Source of the DNA: an uncultured Verrucomicrobiae bacterium
Lineage (GTDB): Bacteria; Verrucomicrobiota; Verrucomicrobiia; Limisphaerales; Palsa-1400
Assembly: GCA_963702845.1 (NCBI GenBank)
Contig: OY969763.1
Coordinates: forward strand, 1,792,001-1,856,000
Length of the DNA stretch: 64,000 nt
Direction: 5' to 3'
The notes under the pieces were generated by a model, which saw nothing but the letters and a program-made list of their open reading frames with translations, did no database searches and had not been told where the DNA came from. The translations under genes were made by a program, and so were the position numbers. Shown one piece after another: positions 54,046 through 64,000 of this stretch (its first letter is position 1; each line of letters starts with the position of its first letter).

Positions 54046-55998
54046 CTAAACGCCCACCGGTTCCTGGACTTGCTCGGTCGTCGGAACATCCGGATCACCG
54101 ACCGGCGTATTGGGATCGCGTCCGATCAGTTCGTTGAAGGCGTGCGAATCGAGTGTCTCGTGCTTGAGCAGTTCGGCAGTGACGGTAGCCAGTTGCGACT
54201 GGTGCGCCAAAAGAATTTCCCGCGCTTCCACGTAGGCGAGATCAAGAATGCGTTTCACTTCTTCGTCGATTTCGCGCGCGGTCTGTTCGCTGCAATCACG
54301 TTGAAGACTCGCATTGCCTTGCATGAATACCGGCCCCGGATGCGTTGCGCAATGAGCAAGGCCAAGCTTTTCGCTCATGCCATAGATGCAGACCATTTGC
54401 CGCGCAAGCGCCGTGGCTCGTTCCAGATCGTTCTCGGCGCCGGTCGTGATATCGTGGAAAATGATTTCTTCGGACGCGCGTCCGCCGAGAATTCCGCGAA
54501 TCTTATCCATCAACTCTTCCTGGCTGAGAAGGAACTGGTCGTCCGATGGCAACTGCATCGTGTAACCAAGCGCCGCGCGCCCGCGTGGAATGATGCTGAT
54601 TTTGTGCACCGGATCCGCGTGCTTGCTATAAGCCGCGACGAGGGCGTGGCCGACTTCGTGAAACGCCACACGCTTTTTCTGGTCCTGATTCAAACGCCGA
54701 CTCTTGCGTTCGGGTCCGGCGACGACTTTCTCGATCGCCTGCTCCAAATCATGCTGATCAATCGCTTTGCCATGCCGTCTGGCAGCGAGAAGCGCGGCTT
54801 CGTTCAAAGCGTTGGCAAGGTCAGCGCCCGAAAATCCCGGCGTTGCCTGCGCAATCTTTCGTAACTCCACAGTGCTCAATAGCGGAATGTTGCGCGAATG
54901 CACTTTGAGAATGGCCTCGCGACCATCGATGTCTGGTGCGTCCACGACGACTTGTCGATCAAATCGGCCAGGGCGCAATAACGCGCGATCCAAAACATCG
55001 GGACGGTTTGTCGCAGCCAGCAAAATCACACCGGCGTTCGCTTCGAAGCCATCCATCTCGACGAGCAATTGATTCAGTGTCTGCTCGCGTTCGTCGTTGA
55101 CGGAGCCAACGTGGACACCGCGTTGACGACCGATCGCGTCCAGTTCGTCGATGAACACGATGCATGGCGCTTTGACTTTGGCCTGTTGAAATAAATCGCG
55201 AACACGCGCCGCGCCAACACCGACAAACATCTCCACAAAATCGCTGCCGCTGAGTTGGAAGAACGGCACCTTTGCTTCACCGGCAACGGCGCGGGCCAAT
55301 AAAGTTTTCCCGGTACCCGGCGGGCCGACCAGTAACACGCCTTTTGGAATTTTCGCGCCAAGTGATTTGTAGCGGTCTGGATTGCGCAAGAAATCAACGA
55401 CTTCTTGAAGCTCATATTTAGCTTCGTCACAACCGGCGACGTCGTTGAAAGTCACGCCGGTTTCCTGGTCTGCTACCATGCGGGCGCGGCTCTTGCCAAA
55501 TGACAAAACCGATTCGCCAACGGACCCCATCCGTTTGCTGAGGACCATCCACAAAACCATCATGATTGCGATTGGGAATATCCACGCCCATATAAAAGTG
55601 GTGAGCATGCCCGGCCGCACGCCTTGATATTGGACGTGCTTGGCTTCCAGCTCTGCCACGAGATTTGGGTCTTCGACTCGGACGGTGCGGAACTCGAAGG
55701 GTGTGGTCGGCCAGTTTAAATTAGTGTGCGTTTGTGAATAGTGCGGACCGGGCTTGGGCGTGATGGTGCCGCTGATTTCGTCGCCGCGGATTTGAATGGA
55801 TTGAACTTCGTTGCTGGCGAGTGAGGTTTTGAAATCGCTGTACGTGATTTGCCGCACCGTCATGCGCGTGAACAATTCCTGCCACGCCAGCAGTAAAACC
55901 AGCATCAAAAGAAAATAGCCGATTGAAAAGCGCCACCCGGGCTTATTGCTGCCTTCGGGCGGCTTTTGCTGCTTCGGCTCCGACTTACGATCCAACAT
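54046..55998 (-). CDS. ftsH: ATP-dependent zinc metalloprotease FtsH
   Basis: 2 [40 protein letters not shown]. True start taken as ATG 55998. Confidence 0.95.
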   Translation of the reverse strand: MLDRKSEPKQQKPPEGSNKPGWRFSIGYFLLMLVLLLAWQELFTRMTVRQITYSDFKTSLASNEVQSIQIRGDEISGTITPKPGPHYSQTHTNLNWPTTPFEFRTVRVEDPNLVAELEAKHVQYQGVRPGMLTTFIWAWIFPIAIMMVLWMVLSKRMGSVGESVLSFGKSRARMVADQETGVTFNDVAGCDEAKYELQEVVDFLRNPDRYKSLGAKIPKGVLLVGPPGTGKTLLARAVAGEAKVPFFQLSGSDFVEMFVGVGAARVRDLFQQAKVKAPCIVFIDELDAIGRQRGVHVGSVNDEREQTLNQLLVEMDGFEANAGVILLAATNRPDVLDRALLRPGRFDRQVVVDAPDIDGREAILKVHSRNIPLLSTVELRKIAQATPGFSGADLANALNEAALLAARRHGKAIDQHDLEQAIEKVVAGPERKSRRLNQDQKKRVAFHEVGHALVAAYSKHADPVHKISIIPRGRAALGYTMQLPSDDQFLLSQEELMDKIRGILGGRASEEIIFHDITTGAENDLERATALARQMVCIYGMSEKLGLAHCATHPGPVFMQGNASLQRDCSEQTAREIDEEVKRILDLAYVEAREILLAHQSQLATVTAELLKHETLDSHAFNELIGRDPNTPVGDPDVPTTEQVQEPVGV

Positions 55999-56147
55999 AC
56001 GTCCTTGTTCGGCCTGTGCCGCATGTAAACTTACCCTGTCGCAACTAAATAGCAAAAGCGGGGGGCACGGTGGTTGGGGACGCATGAAAACCCCACTTAT
56101 GCTTAAGGGTTGCTCCCGAAAGCAGCTTCGGGCGTGTGCGCGCCACA

Positions 56148-56176
56148 TTGACACACCTTCGCACCGCTGGTACAGT
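56148..56176 (+). promoter_or_regulatory. Sigma-70 promoter of ileS
   Basis: TTGACA-17 bp-TACAGT with extended -10 TG, 14 bp before the ATG. Confidence 0.7.
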
Positions 56177-56190
56177 TCGCTCCTTTGTCG

Positions 56191-59037
56191 ATGGATTACA
56201 AAACTACATTGAACCTGCCGCAAACCGGTTTTCCGATGAAAGCCGATTTGATCGCGCGCGAACCGCAACGCCTGCAAAAATGGGAATCGGCCAAACTTTA
56301 CCAATCCATTCAGCAACAACGCGCCTCGGCCGAGAAGTTCGTCTTGCACGACGGCCCGCCGTTTGCGAATGGCGACGTCCATGTCGGCACTGCCCTTAAT
56401 AAGATTCTCAAAGACATCATTGTTAAATACCAAACGTCCCGCGGCAAAAATGCGCCCTACGTCCCGGGTTGGGATTGTCACGGCCTGCCTATCGAGTTCA
56501 AAGTCACGCAGGAAATGCGTAAGGCCGGTGAGAAGGCGACCGATGCCGCGACTGTGCGAAAAGCCTGCGACGCTTACGCGCGCAAGTTCATCGACATCCA
56601 GCGCACGCAATTCAAGCGCCTCGGTGTTTTAGGTGATTGGGAAAACCCATACCTGACGCTCAATAAAGAATACGAAGCCGACGAGCTTCGCTTGTTTGCC
56701 GATATCGTGGAAAAAGGTTTCGTCTATCGCGGCAAAAAACCGGTGTATTGGAGTATTCCGGCTCGGACTGCTTTGGCCGAAGCCGAAGTTGAATATCACG
56801 ATCACGTCAGCCAGAGTATCTACGTAAAGTTTCCAGTGGTCGGTGAGCCGAACACATTCGTGCTCATCTGGACGACAACTCCGTGGACGTTGCCGGCGAA
56901 TCTCGCTGTCGCTTATAATTCCACGCTCGAATATTTTTTGGTCCAGGTCGGAGAGGAAAAATATTGGGTGCTTTCGCAGTTGCTCGGGACGGTCGCCGAA
57001 AAAGCAAAATGGGACGACCACAAAGTCATCCGCAAAGCTCCCGGTGCGGAACTTGCGTCTTTGCAATATCAGCATCCGTTTTGCAATCGCACCGGCAAGC
57101 TGTTCGCAGGCGATAATTTTGTCGAAAGCTCCACCGGCACTGGCTTCGTTCACATTGCCCCCGGTCACGGCTTGGACGACTACAACGTCGGACGACAAAA
57201 CAATCAACCGATCTACTCGCCGGTCGACGACGACGGCGCGCTCGCTTACACGAGCGATCTTCCTCGCGAGCAACAAATGCCGCAGGAGATGGTTGGCAAA
57301 TCCATTTTGGAAAAACATGGCAAGAGCGACGCTAACGAAGCGGTTCTGCATGAACTGCGCGTTCGTCACGCCTTGTTGCACCAGGAAAATTATCACCACA
57401 GCTATCCGTTCTGTTGGCGCAGCAAGACGCCGATTATTTTTCGGGCGATGGACCAATGGTTCGTTGCCATCGATCATCAGATCCGCGCGCGTGAGCAAGC
57501 GGTTTCCGCGGAAGCCATTCCCTTTCGCCAGCAAGCTTTAAAAGAAATCGACCGCGTAAAATGGATCCCCGAATGGGGCGTTAACCGCATCAAAGGCGCT
57601 GTCGAAGGCCGTCCCGACTGGTGCATCTCGCGTCAACGCACTTGGGGCGTGCCGATTCCCGCATTTTACGATGCTCAAGGCAACCCGAGCCTCGACGCCG
57701 AAATCGTCCGCAACACCGCAAAGCTAATCGAACAACACGGCTCCAATGTGTGGTTCGAAAAATCCGTTTCCGAACTCTGGGCTTTAGTGAAACCTGCAAA
57801 TTGGGAGGGCAATGATCCAGTCGCAAAGTCGAATGACACGCTCGACGTCTGGATCGACTCAGGTTCGTCGTCACGTGCTGTGCTGATGCGTCGTTCGGAA
57901 CTGCAACATCCGTCAGCGAAGGATGCGCAAAAATGGCAAGCGGACGTTTACCTTGAAGGCTCCGACCAACACCGCGGCTGGTTCCAATCCTCATTGCTTC
58001 TGTCTCTGGCCGGCAACGGCGTCGCCCCATTCAAAACCGTTCTCACCCACGGTTTCATGGTCGACGCCGATCGCGAAAAAATCTCCAAGAGCAAACAAGG
58101 CGCAGGTGCATATGAAAAACCCCAGACCGCCGAAGCCTACGTCAACAAATACGGCGCAGACATCGTCCGCCTTTGGGTTGCGTCACAAGATTATCGCAAC
58201 GACATCGTTGTCAGCGACGAACGCATCGCGAAGGTGAGCGAGACCTATCGTAACCTGCGCAACACATTGCGCTATCAACTTTCGAACCTCTACGATTTCG
58301 ACCCGGCGAAACACACCGTCGCCGATGACAAACTGACCGGTTTCGATCGCTGGATTCTCGCGCAATTTGCAAACCTGCAAAAAGAAGTCTTGGCTGCGTA
58401 CGACAACTACGAGTTCCATGTCGTCTATCAAAAGATCAGCCAATTCGCCGCCGTCGAACTTTCCTCGATCTATCACGACATCGTCAAAGACCGTCTCTAC
58501 ACCGACGCCGCAAATTCAGCGCGCCGTCGCTCCACGCAAACTGCGTTGAATCGTATGATCACCGGCGTGTGCCAGATGCTTGCGCCGGTTCTGGCGTTTA
58601 CTGCTGATGAAGCGTGGGAATTCATTCCCGGCGCGAGTGGTTCTTCCGTTCACCTCGCCACTACGCGACCGGAAACGATCGCGCTCAGCGACAATGAGAA
58701 GGTCCAGTGGGAAGTCATGTTCAGCATCCGCGACAAAGTGTTGCCAGTCCTCGAAAAAGGCCGACAGGAAAAACTTATCGGCAAAGCTTTAGAAGCTAAA
58801 GTCGAATTATTTGGTGTTGTTGATAAGGAAATCATGGATGCAAAACTCCAGGATGACCTGCGCGAAGTTCTGAACGTTTCGCAATTGAAACTCCACGGCG
58901 GCAACGAAGAATTGCGCATCGTCGTCTCGAAAGCCGATGGCGAAAAATGCGAGCGTTGTTGGCACTTTGAAACAACCATCGGCGCTAGCAAGGAACATCC
59001 GACTCTCTGCCACCGTTGCGTTGAGGCTGTACAATAA
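56191..59037 (+). CDS. ileS: Isoleucine--tRNA ligase (type 1)
   Basis: LHDGPPFANGDVHVG, GWDCHGLP, WTTTPWTLP, WCISRQR, EGSDQHRGWF, KISKS, C-terminal CERC...CHRC. Confidence 0.97.
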   Translation: MDYKTTLNLPQTGFPMKADLIAREPQRLQKWESAKLYQSIQQQRASAEKFVLHDGPPFANGDVHVGTALNKILKDIIVKYQTSRGKNAPYVPGWDCHGLPIEFKVTQEMRKAGEKATDAATVRKACDAYARKFIDIQRTQFKRLGVLGDWENPYLTLNKEYEADELRLFADIVEKGFVYRGKKPVYWSIPARTALAEAEVEYHDHVSQSIYVKFPVVGEPNTFVLIWTTTPWTLPANLAVAYNSTLEYFLVQVGEEKYWVLSQLLGTVAEKAKWDDHKVIRKAPGAELASLQYQHPFCNRTGKLFAGDNFVESSTGTGFVHIAPGHGLDDYNVGRQNNQPIYSPVDDDGALAYTSDLPREQQMPQEMVGKSILEKHGKSDANEAVLHELRVRHALLHQENYHHSYPFCWRSKTPIIFRAMDQWFVAIDHQIRAREQAVSAEAIPFRQQALKEIDRVKWIPEWGVNRIKGAVEGRPDWCISRQRTWGVPIPAFYDAQGNPSLDAEIVRNTAKLIEQHGSNVWFEKSVSELWALVKPANWEGNDPVAKSNDTLDVWIDSGSSSRAVLMRRSELQHPSAKDAQKWQADVYLEGSDQHRGWFQSSLLLSLAGNGVAPFKTVLTHGFMVDADREKISKSKQGAGAYEKPQTAEAYVNKYGADIVRLWVASQDYRNDIVVSDERIAKVSETYRNLRNTLRYQLSNLYDFDPAKHTVADDKLTGFDRWILAQFANLQKEVLAAYDNYEFHVVYQKISQFAAVELSSIYHDIVKDRLYTDAANSARRRSTQTALNRMITGVCQMLAPVLAFTADEAWEFIPGASGSSVHLATTRPETIALSDNEKVQWEVMFSIRDKVLPVLEKGRQEKLIGKALEAKVELFGVVDKEIMDAKLQDDLREVLNVSQLKLHGGNEELRIVVSKADGEKCERCWHFETTIGASKEHPTLCHRCVEAVQ
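57478..57505 (+). repeat. REP copy inside the ileS coding sequence
   Basis: CAGATCCGCGCGCGTGAGCAAGCGGTTT matches the reverse complement of 22079-22106 at 26/28. Confidence 0.75.
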
Positions 59038-59063
59038 AACAAAAAGCTAACGCGCTTGATATT

Positions 59064-59155
59064 TGTTACGCCTCCGCAGAGGGTTTGTAACGCCTTTTGT
59101 AACGGATAAAAACGCAAAAATCACCAATGTTTACAGGGGTTGTAACGATGTAACG
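59064..59155 (+). repeat. Cluster of TGTAACG heptamers
   Basis: TGTAACG at 59086, 59098, 59141 and 59149; TGTTACG at 59064. Confidence 0.7.
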
Positions 59156-59230
59156 GGTCAAACCCCCTGGAAGGGTGGGGGTGCGGCATTTTGAGGTTGC
59201 TCCATCCCTACAAACCGATAACTTCGCCCC

Positions 59231-59545
59231 ATGCCTGTTGAGACGTTTGTAGCCAGCCGATGGACGACCGGCAACCTGTTCTTCCCGACGATCATCGAAG
59301 TTTCTGAAAAGGCCGTCGTCCGTCGTAAGAAGCGATTCTTCGGCATGGACGAAATCAGCATGAGCATCAGCAAGGTCGCTTCGGTTCATATCAAGACCGG
59401 GATGGTGTGGTCCGAAATCCTGATCGAATCCAGCGGCGGCAGCGACCCTCTTCGAAGTCACGGCCACACCAAAGAAGACGCTCGCCGCATCCGCGACCTC
59501 ATCGAAAGCTACCAATCCCAGTTCGTACAGAAACAAAACGAATGA
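59231..59545 (+). CDS. Bacterial PH-domain-like protein
   Basis: ASRWTTGNLFFPT...ISKVASVHIKTG...ILIESSGG. Confidence 0.75.
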   Translation: MPVETFVASRWTTGNLFFPTIIEVSEKAVVRRKKRFFGMDEISMSISKVASVHIKTGMVWSEILIESSGGSDPLRSHGHTKEDARRIRDLIESYQSQFVQKQNE

Positions 59546-60192
59546 ACTCCTTCAAACTCATCTTTGCGAGCCTCTGTGTTCTCTGTGTCACTGTGTTAAT
59601 GCAGCCGCTCAGTCGCACGTTCACGATCAATATTTTGTTTCACTCAAGCCCACCAAATCCTTCGCAGGTTGGGAAGGCGACACCAATTTCTGGCGTTATC
59701 GAAAAAGGCGCGTTCGTTGGCGGTTCGCTGAAGAAGACCGTTCCTCACAACGATTTCCTCTGCACCAAAACGCAATTCACCAACTTCGTCCTGACATTAA
59801 AGTTCAAGCTCGTCGGCACAAATGGCTTCATCAATGGCGGCGTCCAATTCCGCAGCCAACGCGTCCCGAACAATTTCGAAGCGAGCGGTTATCAGGCTGA
59901 CATGGGCGACCCTGCCTGGTGGGGCTGTCTTTACGACGAGTCCCGCCGCGACAAAGTTCTCGTTCATTCCGACATGGCCAAGGTGAACAAGGTCCTGAAG
60001 CGAAATGATTGGAACGACTACAAAATCCGTTGCGAAGGAAAACACATTCAACTTTGGATCAACGGCGTTCAAACCGTTGATTATACCGAGTCGGACCCGA
60101 ACATTCCCGAATACGGCATCATTGGTCTCCAAATCCACGGCGGCGGTAAAGCTGAAGCGTGGTATAAAGACATCGCTGTCGAGCTGCTGTAA
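59542..60192 (+). CDS. DUF1080 (3-keto-disaccharide hydrolase) family secreted protein; compensating indels near the N-terminus
   Basis: NGGVQFRS, GYQADMG, WNDYKIRCEG, WINGV, GIIGLQIHGG; KSFAGWEGDTNFWR lies in another frame near 59655-59697. Confidence 0.85.
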   Translation: MNSFKLIFASLCVLCVTVLMQPLSRTFTINILFHSSPPNPSQVGKATPISGVIEKGAFVGGSLKKTVPHNDFLCTKTQFTNFVLTLKFKLVGTNGFINGGVQFRSQRVPNNFEASGYQADMGDPAWWGCLYDESRRDKVLVHSDMAKVNKVLKRNDWNDYKIRCEGKHIQLWINGVQTVDYTESDPNIPEYGIIGLQIHGGGKAEAWYKDIAVELL

Positions 60193-60223
60193 CTGGCATC
60201 ACTGATCCTGAGTCTTAACACGC

Positions 60224-61600
60224 ATGCGCACCTGCTTCCTTTCACTGCTAACAGTTTTATTCTGCGTCGCTGCATTCGGCGCTGGACGAAAACCGAACGT
60301 CCTTTACGTCGTTGCCGACATGCAACGCCCCCAATCGATGGGCTGCTACGGCGACCCATACGCGCATACTCCGAACCTCGACAAGTTCGCTAAGCAAGGC
60401 CTTCAGTTGAACGCCGCTATTTCTGCGACGCCGGTTTGCTGCCCGTATCGCGCCGGATTGATGAGCGGTCAATGCTCGCATCACAACGGCATGTTGAGCA
60501 ACGGTTGCAAATTCACGCCGACCACGAAGTGCATGGGTGAAACCTTCCGCGACGCTGGTTACGAAATGGGTTATCTCGGCAAATGGCATCTTGGTCATCC
60601 GCAGAAAGATGGCAAGACGTGGGGTTTCCCGGCGCCCGGGACCGAATATGGCATTTATGATTTCGAACGCAACCCGACTCCGACCACCGATGTCGGTCTG
60701 AAATTCATCGCCGAAAAAAGTAAAGCCGAAAAGCCATGGTTCCTTGTCGTTTCATGGATCATGCCTCACGAACCTTACAAAGCTCCGAAGGGCTACGCTG
60801 ATCATTTCCCGCACCCGTCCATTCGTCCAAACGTCCCGCCCGGCAAGCCCCACGATTTCGCCGTTAAGAACATGCCTGATTACTACGGCATGATCGAAAA
60901 GATCGACGAAGAGTTCGGTCGTCTCATCAAGGCATTGTCCGACGCTGGAGTCGCCGATGACACGATCGTTATTTTTTCATCGGACCATGGTGACATGATC
61001 GGTTCGCAGGGCTACAAAGCCAAACGTTGGCCCTATGAAGAGTCCGCCCGCATTCCCTATCTCATCCGCTACCCGCGTGCGTTGAAAGCCGGGCGGGCAA
61101 TTGATGAACCGTTTTCAAATATCGACGCGTATCCGACCATTGCGGGTCTTTCTGGATTGTCCGCGCCGAAGAAGGTCGATGGTCTCGATTTCTCAGCCTT
61201 TTTCACCGGAAAAGTTCCGAAACCACCGCGCGACTTCGTCTACCTGGAAATGCCTTATGCCTTTGTGCCATGGCCTGGTTGGCGCGCCATCCGCACCGCG
61301 GATATGATGTATTCCCGCATTTCCGACAAATCATGGCTCCTCTACAATCTCAAGAATGATCCTTACGAAACGAACAACCTTATCTCAACCGACCAGACGC
61401 TCACGAAGGAAATGGACGAGCGCCTAACCGCTGCGATGAAACAATATGGCGACTCGTGGTCGGAGAAAGCTACGACCGGCGATATCGATGCCTGGTTGCC
61501 CGGCGCCTCCAAACAAGCCAGCCAATCACTAGGCGTGCCGTATCCAGGTGAAGCGAAAACAGCTTCGGCCGTTCGCAAGAAAAAGAAGAAAAATCAGTAG
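60224..61600 (+). CDS. Sulfatase (S1, Cys-type)
   Basis: PNVLYVVAD, CCPYRAGLMSG (CxPxR), GKWHL, SSDHGD. Confidence 0.93.
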   Translation: MRTCFLSLLTVLFCVAAFGAGRKPNVLYVVADMQRPQSMGCYGDPYAHTPNLDKFAKQGLQLNAAISATPVCCPYRAGLMSGQCSHHNGMLSNGCKFTPTTKCMGETFRDAGYEMGYLGKWHLGHPQKDGKTWGFPAPGTEYGIYDFERNPTPTTDVGLKFIAEKSKAEKPWFLVVSWIMPHEPYKAPKGYADHFPHPSIRPNVPPGKPHDFAVKNMPDYYGMIEKIDEEFGRLIKALSDAGVADDTIVIFSSDHGDMIGSQGYKAKRWPYEESARIPYLIRYPRALKAGRAIDEPFSNIDAYPTIAGLSGLSAPKKVDGLDFSAFFTGKVPKPPRDFVYLEMPYAFVPWPGWRAIRTADMMYSRISDKSWLLYNLKNDPYETNNLISTDQTLTKEMDERLTAAMKQYGDSWSEKATTGDIDAWLPGASKQASQSLGVPYPGEAKTASAVRKKKKKNQ

Positions 61601-62004
61601 TTGGAACCGCTTGACTGTTTCGGGGGCACCGGAGTTTGCGAATGCGGTTGTGCTCCCGCAGATTCCTTAATCTGGTAGTGTTTTTGGTACTGGCATTGGG
61701 GCGGGTTCGAGACAACAAGTCGGCGAGACTCCTTGATAATCGAGCCGTTTGACGCAACCCACAACGTTGGATTGAGTCCCAGTTGCTCAACTTCGACGCG
61801 GTATGACGGGTCGCCATACTTCCTTTCCCGAGTGATCGCGGTAATTGGCTGGTTTCCGATCTCGTTGCGCACCGTAGCTTGCACGGCCGGCGGCATCGCG
61901 TTGAAATTCACTGACTGAGCGCCCTCGAAGCGTTCGTTCCATTGGGCACACCCGGCGAGGATCGTCGCGGCAGCGGTTATAGCGAGAATATGACTGAGTT
62001 TCAT
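61594..62004 (-). CDS. Lipoprotein with PepSY-like domain
   Basis: Lipobox LAGC; MPPAVQATV...YRVEV...LWVASNGSI. Confidence 0.75.
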   Translation of the reverse strand: MKLSHILAITAAATILAGCAQWNERFEGAQSVNFNAMPPAVQATVRNEIGNQPITAITRERKYGDPSYRVEVEQLGLNPTLWVASNGSIIKESRRLVVSNPPQCQYQKHYQIKESAGAQPHSQTPVPPKQSSGSNY

Positions 62005-62130
62005 AGACTTTCTTTCCTGAGGAAACCAGTCAAACACGAGCCCGGACGAGCACCAATCCGTGGATTGCTGAAATCGAATTAAGAGAAACAGGGAGACATC
62101 GAACCGAATGGAACCGTAGAGTTGCCCGCG

Positions 62131-63528
62131 CTATTTTTCCACACGACTCCGAACTTCTCCGTCGCTCAAAGTCGTCTTAAGCGTTTGCCCTTCCTTCGTT
62201 TCACCCGCATTGCGCAAAATTCTCCCGGTCTTCTCGTCAACCGTGATCGAGTAACCACGTGCCAGAACCTGTTGCGGGCCCAAGAGGCGCAGGCCTGATT
62301 GAACTGCCGAAAAGCGGTGCCGCACATTGCGCAATTGGTGCGCAAGCAAATCGCGCAGTCGCTGCTGCTGTTGTTGTAGAGTTTGTCGTCGTTCAAACAG
62401 TAGCTGGGCCAATCGAACACGCGTCAGTTGCGAACTCGCACTCTGCTGGCGTTGTCTAAAATCTTTCAATGCCTGCCGAACACAACGAGTGAGCCCCAAC
62501 TGCAGGTCATCGATCTGTTGCGCGCTTTCGTTCAGTTGCCGACGCGGATGAAACGCCTGCAGGCGTTCGCCAAGTTGTTGGTAATGCCGGCGTTCACCTG
62601 CGATCCGTTGTCGCAGACGATCTCGCAAAACATTTGGAACCTGCGTCATCCAACGGCAACCGGCGAACACGCCTTCAGTCAGAAGTTCGGCGGCAGCGCT
62701 TGGTGTTGCCGCGCGCAAATCAGCGACGAAATCGCTGATGGTGAAGTCGATCTCATGACCGACTGCGGAAACGACCGGCAACGCAGAATTGAAAATAGCA
62801 CGCGCAACGACCTCTTCATTGAAGGCCCAAAGATCTTCCAGGCTTCCGCCGCCGCGGGTAATCAGAATCAAATCGAGTTTCGCGGCAGACTCGTTCGACC
62901 AATCATTCAGCAGCCGGATTGCTGACGCGATTTCTCCGCCGGCGCCTTGTCCCTGGACAGCGGACGGTGCGAGAATAATTTCCAACGAAGAATTTCTACG
63001 TGCGATCACGTGCAGCACGTCACGAATGGCCGCACCCGTCGGCGATGTCACCAGCCCGATCCGCGCAGGGTAGGGCGGCAGCCGCCGCTTTCGCTCCGGC
63101 GCAAACAGCCCTTCACCATCCAACTTTTGCTTGAGCTTTTCGAACGCGATTTGCAAAGCGCCGACACCGTGTAGTTCGACGTCGAGCACATGCAACTGAT
63201 ACTGCCCGCGCGCTTCGTAGACCGTCATCTCGCCTTTTAGCACAACCTTCCGGCCGTCCTCGAGATATTCGCGATGCGCGATCGGGTCAGTGCGAAAAAC
63301 GATGCAGCTCAGTTGCGCGTTGGCATCTTTCAGCGTGAAGTAAACATGGCCCGAACTTTGAGCGCGGAAGTTTGTAATTTCGCCGGTGACCCAGATGGTT
63401 CCGATTTGCTTCTCAAGCAGTCGGCGAACTTCGGTATTGAGCTCCGAGACTGAGAAAACGCGGCGCATCTCCGCGACGGAGAACAACTCGTCTCCAAAGT
63501 CCCATTGCGATGTGCTCGATTTCGGCAT
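62131..63528 (-). CDS. xseA: Exodeoxyribonuclease VII large subunit
   Basis: SGHVYFTLKD, VTSPTGAAIRD, RGGGSLEDLWAFNEE, SAVGHEIDFT, TPSAAAE. Confidence 0.96.
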   Translation of the reverse strand: MPKSSTSQWDFGDELFSVAEMRRVFSVSELNTEVRRLLEKQIGTIWVTGEITNFRAQSSGHVYFTLKDANAQLSCIVFRTDPIAHREYLEDGRKVVLKGEMTVYEARGQYQLHVLDVELHGVGALQIAFEKLKQKLDGEGLFAPERKRRLPPYPARIGLVTSPTGAAIRDVLHVIARRNSSLEIILAPSAVQGQGAGGEIASAIRLLNDWSNESAAKLDLILITRGGGSLEDLWAFNEEVVARAIFNSALPVVSAVGHEIDFTISDFVADLRAATPSAAAELLTEGVFAGCRWMTQVPNVLRDRLRQRIAGERRHYQQLGERLQAFHPRRQLNESAQQIDDLQLGLTRCVRQALKDFRQRQQSASSQLTRVRLAQLLFERRQTLQQQQQRLRDLLAHQLRNVRHRFSAVQSGLRLLGPQQVLARGYSITVDEKTGRILRNAGETKEGQTLKTTLSDGEVRSRVEK

Positions 63529-63577
63529 GCCTCACCGCGACTTTACGTGAAGAGGCAGCGATGCGAAACGAGAAAAG

Positions 63578-63817
63578 CTATGCTCGATCCTGCAAAGCCA
63601 TTACGCCTTGATGATGAGCGCAATTGGCGCAGCAATACATAACACCGCTCGTCTCAACGCCATGACCAATGATCCGGCAATCGCAATGCGCGCATCGCGG
63701 CGCAAGCGCATGGATCGCGCATTCAAACGAATCAAAATAATGCGAGATGCCATCCACTATAATCTCGAGCGTTTTATCGTATTCGTTCCCGCAAACTTCA
63801 CACACGTCCTGTGGCAT
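63578..63817 (-). CDS. Cys-rich metallothionein-like small protein
   Basis: CEVCGN...FDSFECAIH...CAHCDC...CCANC; GAGG RBS. Confidence 0.8.
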   Translation of the reverse strand: MPQDVCEVCGNEYDKTLEIIVDGISHYFDSFECAIHALAPRCAHCDCRIIGHGVETSGVMYCCANCAHHQGVMALQDRA

Positions 63818-63826
63818 AAAACCTCC

Positions 63827-64000
63827 TCATGCAATAAACGGCTCTTCCTGCAAACTGGCAATGAACTCCAGCGCACGATGCACCTCAGTAACGATCCCCG
63901 CGGCATCAATGCCGAAACGCGCCATCAGCTCTTCCGGTTTTGCCGAATGCGCCAGCGATGACACCGCCAATCTACGGACCGCAACGCGATCTTCACTTAA
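63827..64000 (-). CDS. Transketolase C-terminal end (partial, runs off the window)
   Basis: VRRLAVSSLAHSAKPEELMARFGIDAAGIV pattern of the transketolase C domain. Confidence 0.7.
   Translation of the reverse strand, partial: LSEDRVAVRRLAVSSLAHSAKPEELMARFGIDAAGIVTEVHRALEFIASLQEEPFIA

Noticed and set aside
55999..56610. 204-aa N-terminal extension of FtsH in the ORF track
   Set aside because: It overlaps ileS antisense and its promoter; the TM region and plausible start begin at ATG 55998.
2838..63528. Many long antisense or alternate-frame ORFs (e.g. 15886-16911, 26254-27171, 38022-39032, 54016-54864, 56629-57534)
   Set aside because: Shadow ORFs of well-supported genes in GC-rich DNA, with no recognisable motifs.
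1..64000. tRNA, rRNA, riboswitch or T-box (including upstream of ileS)
   Set aside because: None recognised by eye; the ileS promoter leaves too short a leader for a T-box. A covariance-model scan was not possible.

Overview
64 kb of bacterial chromosome at about 56-58% GC (estimated by eye). Gene content and repeat families suggest Verrucomicrobiota (Pedosphaerales-like); this is an inference. The backbone is housekeeping and envelope genes: a PLL-type lectin, a TMTC-like glycosyltransferase, cyclic beta-1,2-glucan synthase, hopanoid radical SAM genes hpnJ/hpnH, an amidase, prc, fmt, an adk-like kinase, nnr, two-component systems, an ECF sigma/anti-sigma pair, rnhB, yraN, ftsH, ileS, a sulfatase and xseA. 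Two accessory islands are integron-type gene-cassette arrays with attC sites but no integrase in the window (about 19.0-21.2 kb on +, about 33.6-34.95 kb on -). Both carry toxin-immunity-like genes and share a cassette leader motif; the second is headed by a site built from XerC/dif-like boxes. The most novel signal is a 39-bp element (GAGATTTGAACAAATTATTTTG-N4-TCGCT-N-CCGCGAA) present three times, each time inserted cleanly into a DNA hairpin element (two attC sites and one REP). A REP copy also lies in frame inside ileS. Clustered indels in hpnJ, fmt, nnr and neighbours are probably sequencing/consensus errors. No rRNA, tRNA or CRISPR array was recognised.
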